From Auanema rhodensis (taxonomy: Eukaryota; Animalia; Nematoda), in assembly GCA_964057225.1 (NCBI GenBank), contig OZ059898.1:2418001-2482000 (forward strand): a DNA stretch of 64,000 bases, given 5' to 3'. Made by a program: the position numbers and the translations under genes. The notes under the pieces are model-generated. The model saw only the letters and a list, made by a program, of their open reading frames with translations, searched no databases and had not been told where the DNA came from. Position 1 is the stretch's first letter. The number at the start of each line of letters is the position of its first letter. Shown here piece by piece: positions 25,801-41,100 of the stretch.

Positions 25801-26137
25801 GTTGAATAACATTGTCCATCGTCTTTGCCTTGAAAAATGGAATCTTAAAACATCTACTTTTTGCTAAATTATTTTGAAATTTTTCGAAAAAATTTTTGTC
25901 AAAATGTTTTTGGAAGCAATGTTGAGTGTACATGGAAACTCAACATACACTAATGCATCATTTTTCAAACGATCATAACTAATTTTTGTATCAAGCGTTT
26001 CTTAATGTAGTAAAGTGCATTCGATCCGGATTTTTAAGCTGCGTCGATCTGTGTTATCAGATTTGCGCTAGCTTAAAAATGCACCGAGATATCAACTGAT
26101 ATAAGTTCACACTTATATCCTCGATTTTCACCCTGAA
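22815..26137. repeat. Local higher-order duplication, 5-monomer offset (1755 bp)
   Basis: The same rare chimeric monomer (gagctg left half plus catatatacccg right half) occurs at 23166 and 24921, with matching neighbours. Confidence 0.85.
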
Positions 26138-29100
26138 GAATTAATTTTTTCGTTGAATAACATTGTCCATCGTCTTTGCCTTGAAAAATGGAATCTTAAA
26201 ACATCTACTTTTTGCTAAATTATTTTGAAATTTTTCGAAAAAATTTTTGTCAAAATGTTTTTGGAAGCAATGTTGAGTGTACATGGAAACTCAACATACA
26301 CTAATGCATCATTTTTCAAACGATCATAACTAATTTTTGTATCAAGTGTTTCTCAATGTAATATAGTGCATTCGATGCGGATTTTTAAGCTGCGTCGATC
26401 TGTGTTATCAGATTTGCGCTAGCTTAAAAATGCACCGAGATATCAACTGATATAAGTTCACACTTATATCCTCGATTTTCACCCTGAAAAATTAATTTTT
26501 TCGTTGAATAACATTGTCCATCGTCTTTGCCTTGAAAAATGGAATCTAAAAACATCTACTTTTTGCTAAATTATTTTGAAATTTTTCGAAAAAATTTTTG
26601 TCAAAATGTTTTTGGAAGCAATGTTGAGTGTACATGGAAACTCAACATACACTAATGCATCATTTTTCAAACGATCATAACTAATTTTTGTATCAAGTGT
26701 TTCTTAATGTAGTATAGTGCATTCGATCCGGATTTTTAAGATGCGTCGATCTGTGTTATCAGATTTGCGCTAGCTTAAAAATGCACCGAGATATCAACTG
26801 ATATAAGTTCACACTTATATCCTCGATTTTCACCCTGAAGAAATAATTTTTTCGTTGAATAACATTGTCCATCGTCTTTGCCTTGAAAAAAGGAATCTAA
26901 AAACATCTACTTTTTGCTAAATTATTTTGAAATTTTTCGAAAAAATTTTTGTCAAAATGTTTTTGGAAGCAATGTTGAGTGTACATGGAAACTCAACATA
27001 CACTAATGCATCATTTTTCAAACGATCATAACTAATTTTTGTATTAAGCGTTTCTCAATGTAGTATAGTGCATTCGATGCGGATTTTTAAGCTGCGTCGA
27101 TCTGTGTTATCAGATTTGCGCTAGCTTAAAAATGCACCGAGATATCAACTGATATAAGTTCACACATATATACCCGATTTTCACCCTGAAGAATTAATTT
27201 TTTCGTTGAATAACATTGTCCATCGTCTTTGCCTTGAAAAAAGGAATCTAAAAACATCTACTTTTTGCTAAATTATTTTGAAATTTTTCGAAAAAATTTT
27301 TGTCAAAATGTTTTTGGAAGCAATGTTGAGTGTACATGGAAACTCAACATACACTAATGCATCATTTTTCAAACGATCATAACTAATTTTTGTATTAAGC
27401 GTTTCTCAAGGTAGTATAGTGCATTCGATGCGGATTTCAAAGCTGCGTCGATCTGTGTTATCAGATTTGCGCTAGCTTAAAAATGCACCGAGATATCAAC
27501 TGATATAAGTTCACACTTATATCCTCGATTTTCACCCTGAAGAAATAATTTTTTCGTTGAATAACATTGTCCATCGTCTTTGCCTTGAAAAAAGGAATCT
27601 AAAAACATCTACTTTTTGCTAAATTATTTTGAAATTTTTCGAAAAAATTTTTGTCAAAATGTTTTTGGAAGCAATGTTGAGTGTACATGGAAACTCAACA
27701 TACACTAATGCATCATTTTTCAAACGATCATAACTAATTTTTGTATCAAGCGTTTCTTAATGTAGTAAAGTGCATTCGATCCGGATTTTTAAGATGCGTC
27801 GATCTGTGTTATCAGATTTGCGCTAGCTTAAAAATGCACCGAGATATCAACTGATATAAGTTCACACTTATATCCTCGATTTTCACCCTGAAGAAATAAT
27901 TTCTTCGTTGAATAACATTGTCCATCGTCTTTGCCTTGAAAAAAGGAATCTAAAAACATCTACTTTTTGCTAAATTATTTTGAAATTTTTCGAAAAAATT
28001 TTTGTCAAAATGTTTTTGGAAGCAATGTTGAGTGTACATGGAAACTCAACATACACTAATGCATCATTTTTCAAACGATCATAACTAATTTTTGTATTAA
28101 GCGTTTCTCAATGTAGCATAGTGCATTCGATGCGGATTTTCAAGCTGCGTCGATCTGTGTTATCAGATTTGCGCTAGCTTAAAAATGCACCGAGATATCA
28201 ACTGATATAAGTTCACACATATATACCCGATTTTCACCCTGAAGAATTAATTTTTTCGTTGAATAACATTGTCCATCGTCTTTGCCTTGAAAAAAGGAAT
28301 CTAAAAACATCTACTTTTTGCTAAATTATTTTGAAATTTTTCGAAAAAATTTTTGTCAAAATGTTTTTGGAAGCAATGTTGAGTGTACATGGAAACTCAA
28401 CATACACTAATACATCATTTTTCAAACGATCATAACTAATTTTTGTATTAAGCGTTTCTCAAGGTAGTATAGTGCATTCGATGCGGATTTTAAAGCTGCG
28501 TCGATCTGTGTTATCAGATTTGCGCTAGCTTAAAAATGCACCGAGATATCAACTGATATAAGTTCACACTTATATCCTCGATTTTCACCCTGAAGAAATA
28601 ATTTTTTCGTTGAATAACATTGTCCATCGTCTTTGCCTTGAAAAAAGGAATCTAAAAACATCTACTTTTTGCTAAATTATTTTGAAATTTTTCGAAAAAA
28701 TTTTTGTCAAAATGTTTTTGGAAGCAATGTTGAGTGTACATGGAAACTCAACATACACTAATGCATCATTTTTCAAACGATCACAACTAATTTTTGTATC
28801 AAGCGTTTCTTAATGTAGTAAAGTGCATTCGATCCGGATTTTTAAGATGCGTCGATCTGTGTTATCAGATTTGCGCTAGCTTAAAAATGCACCGAGATAT
28901 CAACTGATATAAGTTCACACTTATATCCTCGATTTTCACCCTGAAGAAATAATTTCTTCGTTGAATAACATTGTCCATCGTCTTTGCCTTGAAAAAAGGA
29001 ATCTAAAAACATCTACTTTTTGCTAAATTATTTTGAAATTTTTCGAAAAAATTTTTGTCAAAATGTTTTTGGAAGCAATGTTGAGTGTACATGGAAACTC

Positions 29101-32100
29101 AACATACACTAATGCATCATTTTTCAAACGATCATAACTAATTTTTGTATTAAGCGTTTCTCAATGTAGTATAGTGCATTCGATGCGGATTTTTAAGCTG
29201 CGTCGATCTGTGTTATCAGATTTGCGCTAGCTTAAAAATGCACCGAGATATCAACTGATATAAGTTCACACTTATATCCTCGATTTTCACCCTGAAGAAT
29301 TAATTTTTTCGTTGAATAACATTGTCCATCGTCTTTGCCTTGAAAAATGGAATCTTAAAACATCTACTTTTTGCTAAATTATTTTGAAATTTTTCGAAAA
29401 AATTTTTGTCAAAATGTTTTTGGAAGCAATGTTGAGTGTACATGGAAACTCAACATACACTAATACATCATTTTTCAAACGATCATAACTAATTTTTGTA
29501 TTAAGCGTTTCTCAATGTAGTATAGTGCATTCGATGCGGATTTTTAAGCTGCGTCGATCTGTGTTATCAGATTTGCGCTAGCTTAAAAATGCACCGAGAT
29601 ATCAACTGATATAAGTTCACACTTATATCCTCGATTTTCACCCTGAAGAATTAATTTTTTCGTTGAATAACATTGTCCATCGTCTTTGCCTTGAAAAATG
29701 GAATCTAAAAACATCTACTTTTTGCTAAATTATTTTGAAATTTTTCGAAAAAATTTTTGTCAAAATGTTTTTGGAAGCAATGTTGAGTGTACATGGAAAC
29801 TCAACATACACTAATACATCATTTTTCAAACGATCATAACTAATTTTTGTATTAAGCGTTTCTCAATGTAGTATAGTGCATTCGATGCGGATTTTTAAGC
29901 TGCGTCGATCTGTGTTATCAGATTTGCGCTAGCTTAAAAATGCACCGAGATATCAACTGATATAAGTTCACACTTATATCCTCGATTTTCACCCTGAAGA
30001 ATTAATTTTTTCGTTGAATAACATTGTCCATCGTCTTTGCCTTGAAAAATGGAATCTTAAAACATCTACTTTTTGCTAAATTATTTTGAAATTTTTCGAA
30101 AAAATTTTTGTCAAAATGTTTTTGGAAGCAATGTTGAGTGTACATGGAAACTCAACATACACTAATACATCATTTTTCAAACGATCATAACTAATTTTTG
30201 TATTAAGCGTTTCTCAATGTAGTATAGTGCATTCGATGCGGATTTTTAAGCTGCGTCGATCTGTGTTATCAGATTTGCGCTAGCTTAAAAATGCACCGAG
30301 ATATCAACTGATATAAGTTCACACTTATATCCTCGATTTTCACCCTGAAGAATTAATTTTTTCGTTGAATAACATTGTCCATCGTCTTTGCCTTGAAAAA
30401 TGGAATCTAAAAACATCTACTTTTTGCTAAATTATTTTGAAATTTTTCGAAAAAATTTTTGTCAAAATGTTTTTGGAAGCAATGTTGAGTGTACATGGAA
30501 ACTCAACATACACTAATACATCATTTTTCAAACGATCATAACTAATTTTTGTATTAAGCGTTTCTCAATGTAGTATAGTGCATTCGATGCGGATTTTTAA
30601 GCTGCGTCGATCTGTGTTATCAGATTTGCGCTAGCTTAAAAATGCACCGAGATATCAACTGATATAAGTTCACACTTATATCCTCGATTTTCACCCTGAA
30701 GAATTAATTTTTTCGTTGAATAACATTGTCCATCGTCTTTGCCTTGAAAAATGGAATCTTAAAACATCTACTTTTTGCTAAATTATTTTGAAATTTTTCG
30801 AAAAAATTTTTGTCAAAATGTTTTTGGAAGCAATGTTGAGTGTACATGGAAACTCAACATACACTAATGCATCATTTTTCAAACGATCATAACTAATTTT
30901 TGTATCAAGTGTTTCTCAATGTAATATAGTGCATTCGATGCGGATTTTTAAGCTGCGTCGATCTGTGTTATCAGATTTGCGCTAGCTTAAAAATGCACCG
31001 AGATATCAACTGATATAAGTTCACACTTATATCCTCGATTTTCACCCTGAAAAATTAATTTTTTCGTTGAATAACATTGTCCATCGTCTTTGCCTTGAAA
31101 AATGGAATCTAAAAACATCTACTTTTTGCTAAATTATTTTGAAATTTTTCGAAAAAATTTTTGTCAAAATGTTTTTGGAAGCAATGTTGAGTGTACATGG
31201 AAACTCAACATACACTAATGCATCATTTTTCAAACGATCATAACTAATTTTTGTATCAAGCGTTTCTTAATGTAGTATAGTGCATTCGATCCGGATTTTT
31301 AAGATGCGTCGATCTGTGTTATCAGATTTGCGCTAGCTTAAAAATGCACCGAGATATCAACTGATATAAGTTCACACTTATATCCTCGATTTTCACCCTG
31401 AAGAAATAATTTTTTCGTTGAATAACATTGTCCATCGTCTTTGCCTTGAAAAAAGGAATCTAAAAACATCTACTTTTTGCTAAATTATTTTGAAATTTTT
31501 CGAAAAAATTTTTGTCAAAATGTTTTTGGAAGCAATGTTGAGTGTACATGGAAACTCAACATACACTAATGCATCATTTTTCAAACGATCATAACTAATT
31601 TTTGTATTAAGCGTTTCTCAAGGTAGTATAGTGCATTCGATGCGGATTTTAAAGCTGCGTCGATCTGTGTTATCAGATTTGCGCTAGCTTAAAAATGCAC
31701 CGAGATATCAACTGATATAAGTTCACACTTATATCCTCGATTTTCACCCTGAAGAAATAATTTTTTCGTTGAATAACATTGTCCATCGTCTTTGCCTTGA
31801 AAAAAGGAATCTAAAAACATCTACTTTTTGCTAAATTATTTTGAAATTTTTCGAAAAAATTTTTGTCAAAATGTTTTTGGAAGCAATGTTGAGTGTACAT
31901 GGAAACTCAACATACACTAATGCATCATTTTTCAAACGATCACAACTAATTTTTGTATCAAGCGTTTCTTAATGTAGTAAAGTGCATTCGATCCGGATTT
32001 TTAAGATGCGTCGATCTGTGTTATCAGATTTGCGCTAGCTTAAAAATGCACCGAGATATCAACTGATATAAGTTCACACTTATATCCTCGATTTTCACCC

Positions 32101-35100
32101 TGAAGAAATAATTTCTTCGTTGAATAACATTGTCCATCGTCTTTGCCTTGAAAAAAGGAATCTAAAAACATCTACTTTTTGCTAAATTATTTTGAAATTT
32201 TTCGAAAAAATTTTTGTCAAAATGTTTTTGGAAGCAATGTTGAGTGTACATGGAAACTCAACATACACTAATGCATCATTTTTCAAACGATCATAACTAA
32301 TTTTTGTATTAAGCGTTTCTCAATGTAGTATAGTGCATTCGATGCGGATTTTTAAGCTGCGTCGATCTGTGTTATCAGATTTGCGCTAGCTTAAAAATGC
32401 ACCGAGATATCAACTGATATAAGTTCACACTTATATCCTCGATTTTCACCCTGAAGAATTAATTTTTTCGTTGAATAACATTGTCCATCGTCTTTGCCTT
32501 GAAAAATGGAATCTTAAAACATCTACTTTTTGCTAAATTATTTTGAAATTTTCCGAAAAAATTTTTGTCAAAATGTTTTTGGAAGCAATGTTGAGTGTAC
32601 ATGGAAACTCAACATACACTAATGCATCATTTTTCAAACGATCATAACTAATTTTTGTATTAAGCGTTTCTCAATGTAGTATAGTGTATTCGATGCGGAT
32701 TTTTAAGCTGCGTCGATCTGTGTTATCAGATTTGCGCTAGCTTAAAAATGCACCGAGATATCAACTGATATAAGTTCACACTTATATCCTCGATTTTCAC
32801 CCTGAAGAATTAATTTTTTCGTTGAATAACATTGTCCATCGTCTTTGCCTTGAAAAATGGAATCTTAAAACATCTACTTTTTGCTAAATTATTTTGAAAT
32901 TTTTCGAAAAAATTTTTGTCAAAATGTTTTTGGAAGCAATGTTGAGTGTACATGGAAACTCAACATACACTAATGCATCATTTTTCAAACGATCATAACT
33001 AATTTTTGTATCAAGCGTTTCTTAATGTAGTATAGTGCATTCGATCCGGATTTTTAAGATGCGTCGATCTGTGTTATCAGATTTGCGCTAGCTTAAAAAT
33101 GCACCGAGATATCAACTGATATAAGTTCACACTTATATCCTCGATTTTCACCCTGAAGAAATAATTTTTTCGTTGAATAACATTGTCCATCGTCTTTGCC
33201 TTGAGAAAAGGAATCTAAAAACATCTACTTTTTGCTAAATTATTTTGAAATTTTTCGAAAAAATTTTTGTCAAAATGTTTTTGGAAGCAATGTTGAGTGT
33301 ACATGGAAACTCAACATACACTAATGCATCATTTTTCAAACGATCATAACTAATTTTTGTATTAAGCGTTTCTCAAGGTAGTATAGTGCATTCGATGCGG
33401 ATTTTAAAGCTGCGTCGATCTGTGTTATCAGATTTGCGCTAGCTTAAAAATGCACCGAGATATCAACTGATATAAGTTCACACTTATATCCTCGATTTTC
33501 ACCCTGAAGAAATAATTTTTTCGTTGAATAACATTGTCCATCGTCTTTGCCTTGAAAAAAGGAATCTAAAAACATCTACTTTTTGCTAAATTATTTTGAA
33601 ATTTTTCGAAAAAATTTTTGTCAAAATGTTTTTGGAAGCAATGTTGAGTGTACATGGAAACTCAACATACACTAATGCATCATTTTTCAAACGATCACAA
33701 CTAACTTTTGTATCAAGCGTTTCTTAATGTAGTAAAGTGCATTCGATCCGGATTTTTAAGATGCGTCGATCTGTGTTATCAGATTTGCGCTAGCTTAAAA
33801 ATGCACCGAGATATCAACTGATATAAGTTCACACTTATATCCTCGATTTTCACCCTGAAGAAATAATTTCTTCGTTGAATAACATTGTCCATCGTCTTTG
33901 CCTTGAAAAAAGGAATCTAAAAACATCTACTTTTTGCTAAATTATTTTGAAATTTTTCGAAAAAATTTTTGTCAAAATGTTTTTGGAAGCAATGTTGAGT
34001 GTACATGGAAACTCAACATACACTAATGCATCATTTTTCAAACGATCATAACTTATTTTTGTATTAAGCGTTTTTCAATGTAGTATAGTGCATTCGATGC
34101 GGATTTTTAAGCTGCGTCGATCTGTGTTATCAGATTTGCGCTAGCTTAAAAATGCACCGAGATATCAACTGATATAAGTTCACACTTATATCCTCGATTT
34201 TCACCCTGAAGAATTAATTTTTTCGTTGAATAACATTGTCCATCGTCTTTGCCTTGAAAAATGGAATCTTAAAACATCTACTTTTTGCTAAATTATTTTG
34301 AAATTTTCCGAAAAAATTTTTGTCAAAATGTTTTTGGAAGCAATGTTGAGTGTACATGGAAACTCAACATACACTAATGCATCATTTTTCAAACGATCAT
34401 AACTAATTTTTGTATTAAGCGTTTCTCAATGTAGTATAGTGTATTCGATGCGGATTTTTAAGCTGCGTCGATCTGTGTTATCAGATTTGCGCTAGCTTAA
34501 AAATGCACCGAGATATCAACTGATATAAGTTCACACTTATATCCTCGATTTTCACCCTGAAGAATTAATTTTTTCGTTGAATAACATTGTCCATCGTCTT
34601 TGCCTTGAAAAATGGAATCTAAAAACATCTACTTTTTGCTAAATTATTTTGAAATTTTTCGAAAAAATTTTTGTCAAAATGTTTTTGGAAGCAATGTTGA
34701 GTGTACATGGAAACTCAACATACACTAATGCATCATTTTTCAAACGATCATAACTAATTTTTGTATCAAGCGTTTCTTAATGTAGTATAGTGCATTCGAT
34801 CCGGATTTTTAAGATGCGTCGATCTGTGTTATCAGATTTGCGCTAGCTTAAAAATGCACCGAGATATCAACTGATATAAGTTCACACTTATATCCTCGAT
34901 TTTCACCCTGAAAAATTAATTTTTTCGTTGAATAACATTGTCCATCGTCTTTGCCTTGAAAAATGGAATCTAAAAACATCTACTTTTTGCTAAATTATTT
35001 TGAAATTTTTCGAAAAAATTTTTGTCAAAATGTTTTTGGAAGCAATGTTGAGTGTACATGGAAACTCAACATACACTAATGCATCATTTTTCAAACGATC

Positions 35101-38100
35101 ATAACTAATTTTTGTATCAAGTGTTTCTCAATGTAATATAGTGCATTCGATGCGGATTTTTAAGCTGCGTCGATCTGTGTTATCAGATTTGCGCTAGCTT
35201 AAAAATGCACCGAGATATCAACTGATATAAGTTCACACTTATATCCTCGATTTTCACCCTGAAAAATTAATTTTTTCGTTGAATAACATTGTCCATCGTC
35301 TTTGCCTTGAAAAATGGAATCTAAAAACATCTACTTTTTGCTAAATTATTTTGAAATTTTTCGAAAAAATTTTTGTCAAAATGTTTTTGGAAGCAATGTT
35401 GAGTGTACATGGAAACTCAACATACACTAATGCATCATTTTTCAAACGATCATAACTAATTTTTGTATCAAGCGTTTCTTAATGTAGTATAGTGCATTCG
35501 ATCCGGATTTTTAAGATGCGTCGATCTGTGTTATCAGATTTGCGCTAGCTTAAAAATGCACCGAGATATCAACTGATATAAGTTCACACTTATATCCTCG
35601 ATTTTCACCCTGAAGAAATAATTTTTTCGTTGAATAACATTGTCCATCGTCTTTGCCTTGAAAAAAGGAATCTAAAAACATCTACTTTTTGCTAAATTAT
35701 TTTGAAATTTTTCGAAAAAATTTTTGTCAAAATGTTTTTGGAAGCAATGTTGAGTGTACATGGAAACTCAACATACACTAATGCATCATTTTTCAAACGA
35801 TCATAACTAATTTTTGTATTAAGCGTTTCTCAAGGTAGTATAGTGCATTCGATGCGGATTTTAAAGCTGCGTCGATCTGTGTTATCAGATTTGCGCTAGC
35901 TTAAAAATGCACCGAGATATCAACTGATATAAGTTCACACTTATATCCTCGATTTTCACCCTGAAGAAATAATTTTTTCGTTGAATAACATTGTCCATCG
36001 TCTTTGCCTTGAAAAAAGGAATCTAAAAACATCTACTTTTTGCTAAATTATTTTGAAATTTTTCGAAAAAATTTTTGTCAAAATGTTTTTGGAAGCAATG
36101 TTGAGTGTACATGGAAACTCAACATACACTAATGCATCATTTTTCAAACGATCACAACTAATTTTTGTATCAAGCGTTTCTTAATGTAGTAAAGTGCATT
36201 CGATCCGGATTTTTAAGATGCGTCGATCTGTGTTATCAGATTTGCGCTAGCTTAAAAATGCACCGAGATATCAACTGATATAAGTTCACACTTATATCCT
36301 CGATTTTCACCCTGAAGAAATAATTTCTTCGTTGAATAACATTGTCCATCGTCTTTGCCTTGAAAAAAGGAATCTAAAAACATCTACTTTTTGCTAAATT
36401 ATTTTGAAATTTTTCGAAAAAATTTTTGTCAAAATGTTTTTGGAAGCAATGTTGAGTGTACATGGAAACTCAACATACACTAATGCATCATTTTTCAAAC
36501 GATCATAACTAATTTTTGTATCAAGCGTTTCTTAATGTAGTATAGTGCATTCGATCCGGATTTTTAAGATGCGTCGATCTGTGTTATCAGATTTGCGCTA
36601 GCTTAAAAATGCACCGAGATATCAACTGATATAAGTTCACACTTATATCCTCGATTTTCACCCTGAAGAAATAATTTTTTCGTTGAATAACATTGTCCAT
36701 CGTCTTTGCCTTGAAAAAAGGAATCTAAAAACATCTACTTTTTGCTAAATTATTTTGAAATTTTTCGAAAAAATTTTTGTCAAAATGTTTTTGGAAGCAA
36801 TGTTGAGTGTACATGGAAACTCAACATACACTAATGCATCATTTTTCAAACGATCATAACTAATTTTTGTATTAAGCGTTTCTCAAGGTAGTATAGTGCA
36901 TTCGATGCGGATTTTAAAGCTGCGTCGATCTGTGTTATCAGATTTGCGCTAGCTTAAAAATGCACCGAGATATCAACTGATATAAGTTCACACTTATATC
37001 CTCGATTTTCACCCTGAAGAAATAATTTTTTCGTTGAATAACATTGTCCATCGTCTTTGCCTTGAAAAAAGGAATCTAAAAACATCTACTTTTTGCTGAA
37101 TTATTTTGAAATTTTTCGAAAAAATTTTTGTCAAAATGTTTTTGGAAGCAATGTTGAGTGTACATGGAAACTCAACATACACTAATGCATCATTTTTCAA
37201 ACGATCACAACTAATTTTTGTATCAAGCGTTTCTTAATGTAGTAAAGTGCATTCGATCCGGATTTTTAAGATGCGTCGATCTGTGTTATCAGATTTGCGC
37301 TAGCTTAAAAATGCACCGAGATATCAACTGATATAAGTTCACACTTATATCCTCGATTTTCACCCTGAAGAAATAATTTCTTCGTTGAATAACATTGTCC
37401 ATCGTCTTTGCCTTGAAAAAAGGAATCTAAAAACATCTACTTTTTGCTAAATTATTTTGAAATTTTTCGAAAAAATTTTTGTCAAAATGTTTTTGGAAGC
37501 AATGTTGAGTGTACATGGAAACTCAACATACACTAATGCATCATTTTTCAAACGATCATAACTAATTTTTGTATTAAGCGTTTCTCAATGTAGTATAGTG
37601 CATTCGATGCGGATTTTTAAGCTGCGTCGATCTGTGTTATCAGATTTGCGCTAGCTTAAAAATGCACCGAGATATCAACTGATATAAGTTCACACTTATA
37701 TCCTCGATTTTCACCCTGAAGAATTAATTTTTTCGTTGAATAACATTGTCCATCGTCTTTGCCTTGAAAAATGGAATCTTAAAACATCTACTTTTTGCTA
37801 AATTATTTTGAAATTTTCCGAAAAAATTTTTGTCAAAATGTTTTTGGAAGCAATGTTGAGTGTACATGGAAACTCAACATACACTAATGCATCATTTTTC
37901 AAACGATCATAACTAATTTTTGTATTAAGCGTTTCTCAATGTAGTATAGTGTATTCGATGCGGATTTTTAAGCTGCGTCGATCTGTGTTATCAGATTTGC
38001 GCTAGCTTAAAAATGCACCGAGATATCAACTGATATAAGTTCACACTTATATCCTCGATTTTCACCCTGAAGAATTAATTTTTTCGTTGAATAACATTGT

Positions 38101-41100
38101 CCATCGTCTTTGCCTTGAAAAATGGAATCTTAAAACATCTACTTTTTGCTAAATTATTTTGAAATTTTTCGAAAAAATTTTTGTCAAAATGTTTTTGGAA
38201 GCAATGTTGAGTGTACATGGAAACTCAACATACACTAATGCATCATTTTTCAAACGATCATAACTAATTTTTGTATCAAGTGTTTCTCAATGTAATATAG
38301 TGCATTCGATGCGGATTTTTAAGCTGCGTCGATCTGTGTTATCAGATTTGCGCTAGCTTAAAAATGCACCGAGATATCAACTGATATAAGTTCACACATA
38401 TATACCCGATTTTCACCCTGAAGAATTAATTTTTTCGTTGAATAACATTGTCCATCGTCTTTGCCTTGAAAAAAGGAATCTAAAAACATCTACTTTTTGC
38501 TAAATTATTTTGAAATTTTTCGAAAAAATTTTTGTCAAAATGTTTTTGGAAGCAATGTTGAGTGTACATGGAAACTCAACATACACTAATGCATCATTTT
38601 TCAAACGATCATAACTAATTTTTGTATCAAGTGTTTCTCAATGTAATATAGTGCATTCGATGCGGATTTTTAAGCTGCGTCGATCTGTGTTATCAGATTT
38701 GCGCTAGCTTAAAAATGCACCGAGATATCAACTGATATAAGTTCACACATATATACCCGATTTTCACCCTGAAGAATTAATTTTTTCGTTGAATAACATT
38801 GTCCATCGTCTTTGCCTTGAAAAAAGGAATCTAAAAACATCTACTTTTTGCTAAATTATTTTGAAATTTTTCGAAAAAATTTTTGTCAAAATGTTTTTGG
38901 AAGCAATGTTGAGTGTACATGGAAACTCAACATACACTAATGCATCATTTTTCAAACGATCACAACTAATTTTTGTATCAAGCGTTTCTTAATGTAGTAA
39001 AGTGCATTCGATCCGGATTTTTAAGATGCGTCGATCTGTGTTATCAGATTTGCGCTAGCTTTAAAATGCACCGAGATATCAACTGATATAAGTTCACACT
39101 TATATCCTCGATTTTCACCCTGAAGAAATAATTTCTTCGTTGAATAACATTGTTTATCGTCTTTGCCTTGAAAAAAGGAATCTAAAAACATCTACTTTTT
39201 GCTAAATTATTTTGAAATTTTTCGAAAAAATTTTTGTCAAAATGTTTTTGGAAGCAATGTTGAGTGTACATGGAAACTCAACATACACTAATGCATCATT
39301 TTTCAAACGATCATAACTAATTTTTGTATTAAGCGTTTCTCAATGTAGTATAGTGCATTCGATGCGGATTTTTAAGCTGCGTCGATCTGTGTTATCAGAT
39401 TTGCGCTAGCTTAAAAATGCACCGAGATATCAACTGATATAAGTTCACACTTATATCCTCGATTTTCACCCTGAAGAATTAATTTTTTCGTTGAATAACA
39501 TTGTCCATCGTCTTTGCCTTGAAAAATGGAATCTTAAAACATCTACTTTTTGCTAAATTATTTTGAAATTTTCCGAAAAAATTTTTGTCAAAATGTTTTT
39601 GGAAGCAATGTTGAGTGTACATGGAAACTCAACATACACTAATGCATCATTTTTCAAACGATCATAACTAATTTTTGTATTAAGCGTTTCTCAATGTAGT
39701 ATAGTGTATTCGATGCGGATTTTTAAGCTGCGTCGATCTGTGTTATCAGATTTGCGCTAGCTTAAAAATGCACCGAGATATCAACTGATATAAGTTCACA
39801 CTTATATCCTCGATTTTCACCCTGAAGAATTAATTTTTTCGTTGAATAACATTGTCCATCGTCTTTGCCTTGAAAAATGGAATCTTAAAACATCTACTTT
39901 TTGCTAAATTATTTTGAAATTTTTCGAAAAAATTTTTGTCAAAATGTTTTTGGAAGCAATGTTGAGTGTACATGGAAACTCAACATACACTAATGCATCA
40001 TTTTTCAAACGATCATAACTAATTTTTGTATCAAGTGTTTCTCAATGTAATATAGTGCATTCGATGCGGATTTTTAAGCTGCGTCGATCTGTGTTATCAG
40101 ATTTGCGCTAGCTTAAAAATGCACCGAGATATCAACTGATATAAGTTCACACTTATATCCTCGATTTTCACCCTGAAAAATTAATTTTTTCGTTGAATAA
40201 CATTGTCCATCGTCTTTGCCTTGAAAAATGGAATCTAAAAACATCTACTTTTTGCTAAATTATTTTGAAATTTTTCGAAAAAATTTTTGTCAAAATGTTT
40301 TTGGAAGCAATGTTGAGTGTACATGGAAACTCAACATACACTAATGCATCATTTTTCAAACGATCATAACTAATTTTTGTATCAAGCGTTTCTTAATGTA
40401 GTATAGTGCATTCGATCCGGATTTTTAAGATGCGTCGATCTGTGTTATCAGATTTGCGCTAGCTTAAAAATGCACCGAGATATCAACTGATATAAGTTCA
40501 CACTTATATCCTCGATTTTCACCCTGAAGAAATAATTTTTTCGTTGAATAACATTGTCCATCGTCTTTGCCTTGAAAAATGGAATCTTAAAACATCTACT
40601 TTTTGCTAAATTATTTTGAAATTTTCCGAAAAAATTTTTGTCAAAATGTTTTTGGAAGCAATGTTGAGTGTACATGGAAACTCAACATACACTAATGCAT
40701 CATTTTTCAAACGATCATAACTAATTTTTGTATTAAGCGTTTCTCAATGTAGTATAGTGTATTCGATGCGGATTTTTAAGCTGCGTCGATCTGTGTTATC
40801 AGATTTGCGCTAGCTTAAAAATGCACCGAGATATCAACTGATATAAGTTCACACTTATATCCTCGATTTTCACCCTGAAGAAATAATTTTTTCGTTGAAT
40901 AACATTGTCCATCGTCTTTGCCTTGAAAAAAGGAATCTAAAAACATCTACTTTTTGCTAAATTATTTTGAAATTTTTCGAAAAAATTTTTGTCAAAATGT
41001 TTTTGGAAGCAATGTTGAGTGTACATGGAAACTCAACATACACTAATGCATCATTTTTCAAACGATCATAACTAATTTTTGTATCAAGCGTTTTTCAATG

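Noticed and set aside
37009-37200. 63-aa minus-strand ORF
   Set aside because: Created by one private SNV (37098 A>G, TAG to CAG) in a single satellite monomer; no coding features.
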